Assembly (NCBI GenBank): GCA_964538855.1
Contig: CAZIEY010000001.1
Span: 314,188 to 378,187, forward strand
From: an uncultured Candidatus Saccharibacteria bacterium
Lineage (GTDB): Bacteria > Patescibacteriota > Minisyncoccia > Phycocordibacterales > JAACPR01
Length of the DNA stretch: 64,000 nucleotides
Direction of reading: 5' to 3'
Part shown: positions 37,120 through 45,874 of the stretch, piece after piece
Layout: each line of letters begins with the position of its first letter
How positions within the stretch are numbered: the stretch's first letter is position 1
Notes under the pieces: generated by a model
The model's input: only the letters and a program-made list of their open reading frames with translations
The model's database searches: none
Told to the model about the DNA's origin: nothing
Translations under genes and position numbers: made by a program

Positions 37120-37158
37120 AAATAAACCGGCTCGAGCGAGCTTTTAACCAAGAAAAAA

Positions 37159-37344
37159 ATGAGAACTTTAATTAATTATTTTAAGGAGACAAAAGAAGAG
37201 ATGAGTCACGTCAGCTGGCCGACTCGACGTCAGACCGTGAATTACACTGTGCTCGTGGTAGTGATCGCGGTTTTCATCGCAGCATTTTTAGGAGTTTTTG
37301 ACGCACTCTTCACAAAGATTATTGGAATGTTTGTAAGCTTCTAA
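37159..37344 (+). CDS. secE: Preprotein translocase subunit SecE
   Basis: 61 aa with a single TM helix. Position immediately upstream of nusG-rplK. Confidence 0.75.
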   Translation: MRTLINYFKETKEEMSHVSWPTRRQTVNYTVLVVVIAVFIAAFLGVFDALFTKIIGMFVSF

Positions 37345-37348
37345 ATAT

Positions 37349-37948
37349 ATGGATACTCCTACAAATTCAGGTGAAAACACAGTTCAAAGCGTGAATACAA
37401 ATACAGTAAAACAGCAATCTGCACGTGATCGAAATTGGTATGCGATTCACACATATGCTGGATATGAAAATGCGGTGGCGAAAAACTTGCAACAACGTGT
37501 GGAATCTTTGGCGATGGAAAATTTCATCTTTAATGTGCTCGTGCCGATGGAAAAGAAAATCAAAATCAAAGCCGGCAAACGTGTCGAGGTTTCTGAAAAG
37601 ATTTACCCAGGTTATGTACTCGTGGATATGATTGTGAATGATGATTCTTGGTATGTCGTTCGAAACACACCTCGTGTAACAGGGTTCGTTGGTTCTGGTG
37701 TGCATCCTGTGCCACTTTCTCAGAAAGAAGTCGACGCATTGTTTGCTCGAATGAACACCGATATGGCAAAACACAAGATCGATATCATAGTTGGGGAAGT
37801 AATTGTGATCACTGATGGTCCATTCAAGGAATTAGAAGGTCGAGTTGAAGAAGTCGACGAAGAACGCGGTAAGGTCAAAGTCAACGTTTCAATGTTCGGT
37901 CGAGAAACACCAGTTGAGATTGACTTCTTGCAAGTTAAGAAGATTTAA
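37349..37948 (+). CDS. nusG: Transcription termination/antitermination factor NusG
   Basis: NGN domain NWYAIHTYAGYENAV. KOW motif GEVIVITDGPFKELEGRVEEVD. Confidence 0.9.
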   Translation: MDTPTNSGENTVQSVNTNTVKQQSARDRNWYAIHTYAGYENAVAKNLQQRVESLAMENFIFNVLVPMEKKIKIKAGKRVEVSEKIYPGYVLVDMIVNDDSWYVVRNTPRVTGFVGSGVHPVPLSQKEVDALFARMNTDMAKHKIDIIVGEVIVITDGPFKELEGRVEEVDEERGKVKVNVSMFGRETPVEIDFLQVKKI

Positions 37949-37973
37949 TATAGTATAAGCGAACCACAAAAAT

Positions 37974-38399
37974 ATGGCTAAAAAAATTCAAAAAGTAATT
38001 AAAGTTCAAGCGATTGGCGGGCGCGCAACGCCAGCTCCACCACTAGGTCCTGCACTCGGTCAGGCCGGTGTTAACATTGGTGAATTCGTCAAGATTTTCA
38101 ACGATGCTACTCGCGACCGTATGGGTGAAATCGTTCCAACAATCGTAACAGTATTCGAGGATCGAACATTCAAACTCGCATACAAACAAGCCCCCGCGTC
38201 TCGGATGATTCTCAAGGAGCTTGGTTTGGAAAAAGGCTCAAGCACTAATGCCACAAAGAAAGTCGGCAAAATCACAAAGGCTCAAATCCGCAAAATCGCA
38301 GAACAAAAAATGGTTGACCTTTCAGCAGCTTCTGTCGAAACAGCAATGAAGACAATCGAAGGAACTTGCCGATCTATGGGTATTGAAGTGAAGGGGTAG
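37974..38399 (+). CDS. rplK: 50S ribosomal protein L11
   Basis: KVQAIGGRATPAPPLGPALGQAGVNI... is the L11 signature. Confidence 0.9.
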   Translation: MAKKIQKVIKVQAIGGRATPAPPLGPALGQAGVNIGEFVKIFNDATRDRMGEIVPTIVTVFEDRTFKLAYKQAPASRMILKELGLEKGSSTNATKKVGKITKAQIRKIAEQKMVDLSAASVETAMKTIEGTCRSMGIEVKG

Positions 38400-38405
38400 T
38401 AGTGT

Positions 38406-38527
38406 TAAAAAATAAAAGAGTTAAAATTTTGAAAGTCTGGTTGAGCATCAACACAAAACGCACATTCATTTCTAAACGTGTGTGATGCGACCCGAGGACT
38501 TCAAAATTTTAACTCTTTTATTTTTTG
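38406..38527. repeat. ~120-nt palindromic structured intergenic element, copy B (inverted orientation relative to copy A)
   Basis: Outer stem aaaagagttaaaattttgaa/ttcaaaattttaactctttt. Core gtctggttgagcatcaacacaaaacgcac...gtgatgcgacccgaggac matches the reverse complement of copy A. Flanking A- and T-runs. Confidence 0.7.
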
Positions 38528-39085
38528 CTATACTATACCCATTACTACTTAATTAATTTTATGAGAAAAATAGCCGATATATCAGCGTTTGTATTTATTT
38601 GTGCGATGGCAATATTGAGCATTGTTGCGATTTTTGGTGTGTGGGACGTGTTTGCGCAGGATGTTATTGAAAAGTCTTTCAAAACAATGGGACTTCTCGC
38701 ATTCTTTTCAGTCGTGATCTTGATTGCAGAAAAATTCGTTGCAGTCGATGAGACAGAATCGGCGGGCGGTGCACCTCACGATGTGACATTGTTTACAACG
38801 ACTCGTTTGACGACTGTAGTCGTGTTGATTATTTCCGCTGCAGTGCTCGCGTTTTTAGGGGTACTCTCTATCTGGGAGGTGTTTTCTTCAGAAGTCGTGT
38901 GGAAGAGTGTTACGTCGCTTGGAATTGTTGCCTTTTCTTCTGCGATTATCTCTGCGCTTTGTCTCAAGCGTGAAAATCATCCAATGCTAAAGAATGGTGC
39001 ATTCAAAATGTCTGGTCCTACTGCTTTCGTTGCGCTCGTCGTGTTTGTGTGGATTGCAGTAGCCTTTATCGGTATGTTGTTCTAG
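38525..39085 (+). CDS. Membrane protein with internal tandem duplication
   Basis: Two homologous halves: AILSIVAIFGVWDVFAQDVIEKSFKTMGLLAFFSVVILIAE and AVLAFLGVLSIWEVFSSEVVWKSVTSLGIVAFSSAIISALC. Confidence 0.45.
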   Translation: MLYYTHYYLINFMRKIADISAFVFICAMAILSIVAIFGVWDVFAQDVIEKSFKTMGLLAFFSVVILIAEKFVAVDETESAGGAPHDVTLFTTTRLTTVVVLIISAAVLAFLGVLSIWEVFSSEVVWKSVTSLGIVAFSSAIISALCLKRENHPMLKNGAFKMSGPTAFVALVVFVWIAVAFIGMLF

Positions 39086-39087
39086 GG

Positions 39088-39591
39088 TTACCTTTCTAGC
39101 ACCACAAACTCATATGCAAAATTATCGTCTTTCGACATGCGTCGGGAGACGATTTTGCTAAAACGCGATTCATATTCTGGGAAAGTGACTGATCCTGCGA
39201 TGTCTGTATTAACGAGCGTTAGGTATAGACGATCGGCGAAGGGAAGTCCGGCCGTATAAATTTGTCCGCCACCGATGATGAAGATTTCACCAGAATCAAT
39301 TTTTGATCCCCATGCAATCGCTTCTTCGATAGAGTGGGCAATAATGACACCTTCTGGTGCGTTGTAATCTTCCTGTCGCGTGACCACGATGTGCGTGCGA
39401 CCTGGCAATAATTTCCCGCCAAATTCCTCGAATGTGGTGCGACCCATGATCATCGGGTGACCCATAGTTGTTTCCTTGAAATGTTTGAAATCCTCAGGAA
39501 TATGCCACGGTAAATGCCCGCCTTCTTTGCCGATGACACGGCTCGTGCGGCCAATTGCGGCGATGAGGCTGATTCGTGGATTGTTTGACAT
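39088..39591 (-). CDS. folA: Dihydrofolate reductase
   Basis: ISLIAAIGRTSRVIGKEGGHLPWHIPEDFKHFKETTMGHPMIMGRTTFE matches FolA. Start chosen at MSNNPR to avoid overlap with the upstream gene. Confidence 0.8.
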   Translation of the reverse strand: MSNNPRISLIAAIGRTSRVIGKEGGHLPWHIPEDFKHFKETTMGHPMIMGRTTFEEFGGKLLPGRTHIVVTRQEDYNAPEGVIIAHSIEEAIAWGSKIDSGEIFIIGGGQIYTAGLPFADRLYLTLVNTDIAGSVTFPEYESRFSKIVSRRMSKDDNFAYEFVVLER

Positions 39592-39592
39592 G

Positions 39593-40267
39593 CTAATTTC
39601 TAATTTCCCAGTCCTTATCAAGTCTAGGCAACATCATAGTAGGATTCCAAGCCTTTTTCATTTCTTTCAAGTTAGTCGTCGAATTATATTTACCTGATTT
39701 ATTATAATCGTTACTGATGATTTCTCCTGTCTCAAAGAAAATAATCTGAGCGATACGACGTCCGACTACAAGGGGGATAGTGTAACTTTTAGAGTTATTG
39801 GTAATTTCCATTGTCCATCGATTTACATAACCGACATCGCCCCATCCGGCACATTTACAGACTTCGATAAAACTACGACCGAGAGATGAGCGAGCTTTCA
39901 TCATAGTCGTGATGTGATCCTTGCCCCCGATAAATTCGTTGGTGTGAGCGAGAATTGTTTCACCAGGTTCGAGCAAAATAACCTTGTCAGTCGGCTTCAT
40001 GTTTTTAAATTCAAAATTGAAGTTTTGAAATGCCTCCTTTGCGGTCATTGCTCTGTGGAATTTTGTACCCCAAACACGATCGATGTGATTTTTGTCCCAG
40101 ATGTTATAAATTTTATTGTGATATTTATCAGGAATCTGCTCGCGGAAATAATATTCTCCGAGTGTTACATCGTAACTTGAGGTCGCGAGGTTTCTCCTGT
40201 TAAAAGGTTCAATAATAATTTCTCCCTTTTTCTTCGCTTCTAGAATTTTTTTATCAGATAGTGCCAT
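39593..40267 (-). CDS. dCTP deaminase family protein (Dcd-like, extended)
   Basis: N-terminus MALSDKKILEAKKKGEIIIEPF...SSYDVTLG resembles dCTP deaminase/dUTPase. Sits in a thyA-folA cluster. Confidence 0.55.
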   Translation of the reverse strand: MALSDKKILEAKKKGEIIIEPFNRRNLATSSYDVTLGEYYFREQIPDKYHNKIYNIWDKNHIDRVWGTKFHRAMTAKEAFQNFNFEFKNMKPTDKVILLEPGETILAHTNEFIGGKDHITTMMKARSSLGRSFIEVCKCAGWGDVGYVNRWTMEITNNSKSYTIPLVVGRRIAQIIFFETGEIISNDYNKSGKYNSTTNLKEMKKAWNPTMMLPRLDKDWEIRN

Positions 40268-40304
40268 ATGAGCATTGTACATTTTTCAACAACTCGCGCA
40301 ACCT

Positions 40305-41222
40305 CTAAACGGCAATTGGGGCCTTGATTGTGGGGTGAGGGTCATATCCAACGAGTTTAAAATCTTCTGAAGTAAACGCGAATAGGTCAGTAACTTGTGG
40401 ATTAATAACGAGTTTTGGTAGTGTTTTGAAATCTCGCGACAACTGCTCCTTAACTTGTTCGTAGTGATTTTGATATATATGTACATCACCACCAGTCCAT
40501 ATAAATTCATCGGCTTCAAGTCCAGCGATCTGTGCCACCATCATAAGGAGAAGGGAGTACGATGCGATGTTGAAAGGTACTCCTAAAAATGTGTCGCAGG
40601 ATCTCTGGTAGAGTTGGAGTGATAATTTTTTGTTGTAAACCTTGAATTGGAAAAGACAGTGACATGGCGGCAATCCGGCTTTTGCCATTTCATCAATTTG
40701 TGCTGGGTTCCATGCAGATACAATGATACGCCGACTGTCCGGAGAATTTTTAAGTTGATCGATTACATTTTGCAATTGGTCAATTTTCTTTCCGTCTGGA
40801 GTTGGCCACGATCGCCATTGAAATCCATACACAGGTCCGAGATCGCCCCACTTTTTATTGAAGGCTTCGTCTGATATTATTTTTTCGGTAAACGTTTTTA
40901 GTTGTACATTCCATTCGTCGCTATTTGTTTTTGGAATCGGAAGATTTTCTGCTTTTAGATACCATTTGAAAGGCCACTCATCCCAGATGTGCACGTTTTT
41001 TTCGAGAAGTGATTTAAGTTTCGTGTCGCCCTTGATGAACCATAGCAATTCCTCGAGGATGATGCGGAAAGGAATTTTCTTGGTAGTGAGGAGAGGGAAG
41101 CCATCTTTCATCTTGAAACGCATCTGATATCCGAACACAGATTTTGTGCCGGTGCCAGTCCGGTCTGTGGTAACTTCACCAGTTTCCATTATGTGGCGCA
41201 ATAAATCGTGGTATTGTCTCAT
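40305..41222 (-). CDS. thyA: Thymidylate synthase (ThyA type)
   Basis: [16 protein letters not shown] and [10 protein letters not shown] (active-site Cys) motifs. Confidence 0.9.
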   Translation of the reverse strand: MRQYHDLLRHIMETGEVTTDRTGTGTKSVFGYQMRFKMKDGFPLLTTKKIPFRIILEELLWFIKGDTKLKSLLEKNVHIWDEWPFKWYLKAENLPIPKTNSDEWNVQLKTFTEKIISDEAFNKKWGDLGPVYGFQWRSWPTPDGKKIDQLQNVIDQLKNSPDSRRIIVSAWNPAQIDEMAKAGLPPCHCLFQFKVYNKKLSLQLYQRSCDTFLGVPFNIASYSLLLMMVAQIAGLEADEFIWTGGDVHIYQNHYEQVKEQLSRDFKTLPKLVINPQVTDLFAFTSEDFKLVGYDPHPTIKAPIAV

Positions 41223-41308
41223 ATTGTTTTTTTGGGTTTATAATTCTCCACTGAAGTATAACAAAATCAAGGTATGGAGTGCATCTATTTTGTGGTACCA
41301 TATTTTGT

Positions 41309-42508
41309 ATGAAAGACATCAAAATTGCTGCCCTTATAAAGAAAGAAGCTGCGCGCCAGAAAAAAGCGATTAACCTTATCCCATCAGAAAATTATTGTTC
41401 GCGTGATTGTTTGGACGCGCTTGGGTCTGTGTTTGATAATAAATATGCCGAAGGGTATCCACGTGCCAGATATTACGGCGGTCAGGAATTTACGGACGAA
41501 GTAGAAGAGTTGTGTCAGGCTCGCGCGTTGAAATTGTTTGGGCTTGGTGCGAATGAGTGGCATATGAACGTGCAGCCGTGGAGCGGGGCGAATGCGAATC
41601 TCGCGGTGTATCTCGGGCTTGTGCCAATCGGCGGCAAAATCATGGGACTCGAATTGTCGTCAGGAGGGCACTTGTCGCATGGCCAGAAGGTCTCCATCAC
41701 AGGCAAAGCTTGGGCTCGTGTCCCATACACAGTTAATGCGCAGACAGAATTGCTCGATTACGAAGAGCTCATGAAAATTGCTATGACTGAAAAACCAGCG
41801 CTCATCGTGTGCGGATTTACGGCGTATCCACGTATTGTTGATTGGAAAAAGTTCCGTGAAATCGCAGATGCATGTGGAGCAATTTTGATGGCAGACATGT
41901 CACACATCGCAGGTCTCATTGCAGGTGGCGCGTATCCTTCACCATTTCCATTTGTTGATGTTGCAACCACGACAACGCACAAAACTCTGCGAGGTCCACG
42001 CGCCGCGATGATCTTCACAAAGATTGACGCACGAGAGTTCCACAAAAAAGTAGACAAGGCTCTTTTCCCGGGCTTGCAAGGTGGCCCGCACATGAGCCAA
42101 ATCGCGGCAGTCGCTGTCGCACTCGGCGAGGCGCTTTCTCCAAAATTTAAATCCTACGCAAGACAGGTAGTAAAAAATGCACAGGCGCTCGCGAGCGAAT
42201 TAGGCAAACTAGGTTGGAGAATCGTCTCTGGTGGAACAGACTCGCATTTGATTTTGGTTGATACTTGGATGGGTGGTGTGCGCGACGCAAATGGTCGTGG
42301 TGGCATGCCCGGCAAAGACGCCGAAGCACTTCTCGAAAAAGCCGGTATTATTTGTAACAAAAATACTATTCCAGGAGAAACTCGCAGTGCGTTCGATCCA
42401 TCAGGAATTCGCCTCGGAAGCCCAGCTGAAACCACTCGTGGTGCAAAAGAAAAACAATTCCGCGCGATTGCACAGAAGATCGACAAGGTGTTACGAAATG
42501 TAAAATAA
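41309..42508 (+). CDS. glyA: Serine hydroxymethyltransferase
   Basis: LIPSENYCS. TTTTHKTLRGPR (PLP lysine). Start set at MKDIKIA. Confidence 0.9.
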   Translation: MKDIKIAALIKKEAARQKKAINLIPSENYCSRDCLDALGSVFDNKYAEGYPRARYYGGQEFTDEVEELCQARALKLFGLGANEWHMNVQPWSGANANLAVYLGLVPIGGKIMGLELSSGGHLSHGQKVSITGKAWARVPYTVNAQTELLDYEELMKIAMTEKPALIVCGFTAYPRIVDWKKFREIADACGAILMADMSHIAGLIAGGAYPSPFPFVDVATTTTHKTLRGPRAAMIFTKIDAREFHKKVDKALFPGLQGGPHMSQIAAVAVALGEALSPKFKSYARQVVKNAQALASELGKLGWRIVSGGTDSHLILVDTWMGGVRDANGRGGMPGKDAEALLEKAGIICNKNTIPGETRSAFDPSGIRLGSPAETTRGAKEKQFRAIAQKIDKVLRNVK

Positions 42509-42513
42509 AAAAT

Positions 42514-43191
42514 ATGAAAAAACGCGGACTATTTATTGTTGTCGAGGGAACAGATGGATCTGGAAAGGGGACGCAAGTTCGGCTATTGGTCGACAAATTA
42601 GTTGCAGAAGGACGCGCCGTTGAAATGTTGGATTTTCCTCAGTATGAATTGCCGTCATCTTTTTTTGTACAGAAATATTTGCGTGGTGAATATGGGACTG
42701 CCGAAGAAGTCGGAGCACAACGCGCTTCTATTTTTTACGCACTTGATCGGTATGATAAATCGTTCGATGTAAAGCGCTTTCTTAAAGAAGGTAAGATCGT
42801 TATCAGTAATCGGTATGTGTCTGCGAACATGGGCCATCAGACAGCCAACATAAAAGGCAAGTCAAAAAGAGATGAGTTTTTGAAATGGCTTCATGATTTG
42901 GAATATAAATTATTTGGAATTCCACAACCAGATGCGACCATTTTTCTCCATGTAGAACCAGAAATCGCGCAACAGATGGTGGACAAAAAAATTCCGCGCG
43001 CTTACATTAGGGGACAAAAGCGCGATCTCCTCGAGGCGGATTTGGATCACCTTACAAAGGCTTCTGAAGCTTACAAATATGTGGCCAAAAAATATAAGTG
43101 GAAAACTATTGAGTGCGTGAAGGGTGACACGATGCTCCCGATCGAAGAAATCCATCAAAAAATTTACGGTGTGGTCAAGAAGCTAATGTAA
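42514..43191 (+). CDS. tmk: Thymidylate kinase
   Basis: FIVVEGTDGSGKGTQ P-loop and DRY-like segment. Confidence 0.8.
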   Translation: MKKRGLFIVVEGTDGSGKGTQVRLLVDKLVAEGRAVEMLDFPQYELPSSFFVQKYLRGEYGTAEEVGAQRASIFYALDRYDKSFDVKRFLKEGKIVISNRYVSANMGHQTANIKGKSKRDEFLKWLHDLEYKLFGIPQPDATIFLHVEPEIAQQMVDKKIPRAYIRGQKRDLLEADLDHLTKASEAYKYVAKKYKWKTIECVKGDTMLPIEEIHQKIYGVVKKLM

Positions 43192-43216
43192 TTATTTTTT
43201 GCTATAATTTCACAGT

Positions 43217-43639
43217 ATGAAATTAAAGATCAAAAAGATGAATCCTGCCGCGGTTATTCCCAAATATGCGTATGCTGACGATGCGGCTTTTGATTTGTTT
43301 TCTATTGAAACCATTACGATTGAACCAGGCGCGCGGGTTCAAATACCGACTGGGATCGCTATGCAGATTCCTACTGGTCATGTGGGAATGATTTGGGACA
43401 AGAGTGGTCTTTCACATAATTTCGGTTTGAAAGTGATGGGCGGAGTGATTGATTCCGGATATCGCGGGGAAATCAAGGTCGGCATGATCAACCTCAGTAC
43501 CGAGCCATATACCGTAGAAAAGGGGCACAAGATTACTCAGATGGTCATTCAGCAGAAAGAGACTTGTGAAATTGAAGAAGTGTCAGAGCTCGAAGATAGT
43601 CACCGCGGTACGTCTGGTTTTGGAAGTTCTGGAAAATAA
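43217..43639 (+). CDS. dut: dUTP diphosphatase
   Basis: AGFDLFS-like ADDAAFDLFS, GVIDSGYRGEI, and C-terminal RGTSGFGSSG motifs. Confidence 0.85.
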   Translation: MKLKIKKMNPAAVIPKYAYADDAAFDLFSIETITIEPGARVQIPTGIAMQIPTGHVGMIWDKSGLSHNFGLKVMGGVIDSGYRGEIKVGMINLSTEPYTVEKGHKITQMVIQQKETCEIEEVSELEDSHRGTSGFGSSGK

Positions 43640-43640
43640 A

Positions 43641-45377
43641 ATGATTGAAATCGAAAAGAAGATCAGAAAAATAATCGAAGCAGCATTTGAAGGGACTGAA
43701 ATCAGCCTAGTTGATTTTATTGTGGAACACCCAGCGGAACTTTCGCATGGAGATTATTCGACAAACGTGGCGCTAGTCGTCGCAAAACAGTTGAAGGCAA
43801 AACCAACTGACGTTGCGAAATTGCTCGTTGAAAAAATGAGCAAGACTTTGCCGCCAGAAATTACCGCGATTTCTTTTGCAGGTCCGGGCTTCATCAATTT
43901 TTCGCTCGCGCCAGATTTTTTTAGAAAAAGCCTCGCGGAAATTCTTGATCAAGAAGAATCGTTCGGGAAAAACAAAAATCTCGCAGGTAAAAAAGTTGTG
44001 ATTGAATACACCGATCCGAATCCATTCAAGGTTTTTCATATTGGACATCTCATGGCAAACACAGTCGGAGAAATTATGTCACGTCTGCTCGACTGGAGTG
44101 GTGCGCATGTGACACGCGTGTGTTATCAGGGTGACGTTGGTTTGCACATTGCAAAATCGTTGTGGGGTGTACTTAAAACTATTGATACATTTCCAGCGGA
44201 AACGGCGCCTTTGTCAGTAAAGACAAAATATTTAGGCGATGCATACGTACTCGGTTCTACACAATATGAAAACGATGTAACCGCAAAATCAGAAATCGAA
44301 ATTATCAACAAAAAAGTGTATGATTTTTTTGATGAAAAAGTAACCACTGATCCTGAATTGGAACGTCTCTACGAAATCGGCAAAAAATGGAGTATGCAAC
44401 ATTTCGATGAAATTTATGCAAAGCTCGGAACACACTTCAATCATTTTGTTGGAGAAAGTTCTGTTGCTGGTGCCGCGCTTGAAATTGTTCGCAAAAATGT
44501 TGGACCTGTTTTTGAAGAGAGTAACGGCGCGATTGTGTATAAAGGTGAACAAGATGGTCTGCATACGCGTGTGTTTATCAATAGCCTTGGTTTGCCGACA
44601 TATGATGCAAAAGAAATCGGACTTGCGTTTCGTAAAGAAAAGCTCGGGTCTTTTGATACATCGATTGTCATTACTGCATCTGAACAACAAGAATATTTCA
44701 AGGTGGTGATGGCTGCACTTGCAAAAATCGAACCTAAAATTGCAGCAAAAACTCAACACATCACCCACGGTATGATGCAATTTGCCGATGGAAAGATGTC
44801 ATCTCGAAAAGGGAATATAATCAGCGGCGATGGATTGCTCGATGAATTGGCGGATGTGGTTGGTGAAAAAGTCGCTGATCGAAGTTTTGAAATTGCTGAG
44901 GCTGATGAAATCAAAACGATGATTGCAGTGGCGGCTCTCAAATATTCGGTGCTCAAACAATCACCCGGAAAGAATATTATTTTTGATCGCGACAAGGCAC
45001 TTTCATTTGAGGGGGATTCCGGTCCTTACATTCAATATTCATGTGTGCGCGCGAAATCGGTGCTCGAAAAAGCTCACGATAGAAAACTGATACCGAATCC
45101 GCACAAATTGCCAGATGGATGGGTGACACGACCGCTTGAGAAAATGTTGTATCGATTTCCAGAATTGGTCGAGAAAGCTCTCACCGAGGTTGCCCCTCAA
45201 AATATTGTGACATATGTGACGCACATCGCGAGCGAGTTCAATAGTTTTTATGCAAACGAACAAGTCATGGATGGTACTGCCGCCGAAGGGTATCGCCTCG
45301 CCATTGTACGCGCCACATTAACCGTCATGGCAAATTGTCTCGCGATTATGGGTGTGCGTATTCCAAAGAGGATGTAA
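43641..45377 (+). CDS. argS: Arginine--tRNA ligase
   Basis: HIGH-type motif FHIGHLMAN and C-terminal anticodon-binding domain. Start set at MIEIEKK directly after the dut stop. Confidence 0.9.
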   Translation: MIEIEKKIRKIIEAAFEGTEISLVDFIVEHPAELSHGDYSTNVALVVAKQLKAKPTDVAKLLVEKMSKTLPPEITAISFAGPGFINFSLAPDFFRKSLAEILDQEESFGKNKNLAGKKVVIEYTDPNPFKVFHIGHLMANTVGEIMSRLLDWSGAHVTRVCYQGDVGLHIAKSLWGVLKTIDTFPAETAPLSVKTKYLGDAYVLGSTQYENDVTAKSEIEIINKKVYDFFDEKVTTDPELERLYEIGKKWSMQHFDEIYAKLGTHFNHFVGESSVAGAALEIVRKNVGPVFEESNGAIVYKGEQDGLHTRVFINSLGLPTYDAKEIGLAFRKEKLGSFDTSIVITASEQQEYFKVVMAALAKIEPKIAAKTQHITHGMMQFADGKMSSRKGNIISGDGLLDELADVVGEKVADRSFEIAEADEIKTMIAVAALKYSVLKQSPGKNIIFDRDKALSFEGDSGPYIQYSCVRAKSVLEKAHDRKLIPNPHKLPDGWVTRPLEKMLYRFPELVEKALTEVAPQNIVTYVTHIASEFNSFYANEQVMDGTAAEGYRLAIVRATLTVMANCLAIMGVRIPKRM

Positions 45378-45428
45378 AACAAAAGCGCGTGTGGTGCGCG
45401 CTCTGGTCGAGTGGATTTTTATCTCACT

Positions 45429-45755
45429 CTACAATTTCTTTATAGTTCTCTCCATCAACCGCCACACACCATACAGTATGCCAAGAGCAAATACCACAAG
45501 TCCGCTCAGACATACCGCGACGCCGATTCTCTCTGGTAAGTGCGGTGAAATTAGGGCGGCAGCTATTCCTAGACTCATCGGCGTTTGAGCCTCGGGCATC
45601 ATGATGCCAAAGACCAGGACATGTAGCGCAATGAACATTAAGAAGAGTATCACTGGCCAGTCAGTATCATCCATGGGGATGAACTTTCGAGCGAGTAATA
45701 TTCCAGCCATGGCAACGATTACACTCGCAACGATCTTTGATTTGTTTTTCATCAC
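45429..45755 (-). CDS. Small hypothetical membrane protein
   Basis: 108 aa with three predicted TM helices. Confidence 0.4.
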   Translation of the reverse strand: MMKNKSKIVASVIVAMAGILLARKFIPMDDTDWPVILFLMFIALHVLVFGIMMPEAQTPMSLGIAAALISPHLPERIGVAVCLSGLVVFALGILYGVWRLMERTIKKL

Positions 45756-45818
45756 ATTCTCCTAAAACGGGTTTCGGTTGGGTTGGTCTAATGGAGAGTT
45801 TATACTTTTTTGTATTAT

Positions 45819-45847
45819 TTGCAATACAGGTAAAAGCTCTTTAAAAT
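45819..45847 (+). promoter_or_regulatory. Sigma-70-like promoter upstream of ileS
   Basis: TTGCAA, a 17-nt spacer, then TAAAAT. Confidence 0.45.
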
Positions 45848-45874
45848 TTCTAAAAAAATGCTAATATCATACCC

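Noticed and set aside
44289-44780. 163-aa and other ORFs antisense to argS, ileS (46028-46477 and others) and glyQS
   Set aside because: They are inside well-supported aminoacyl-tRNA synthetase genes.
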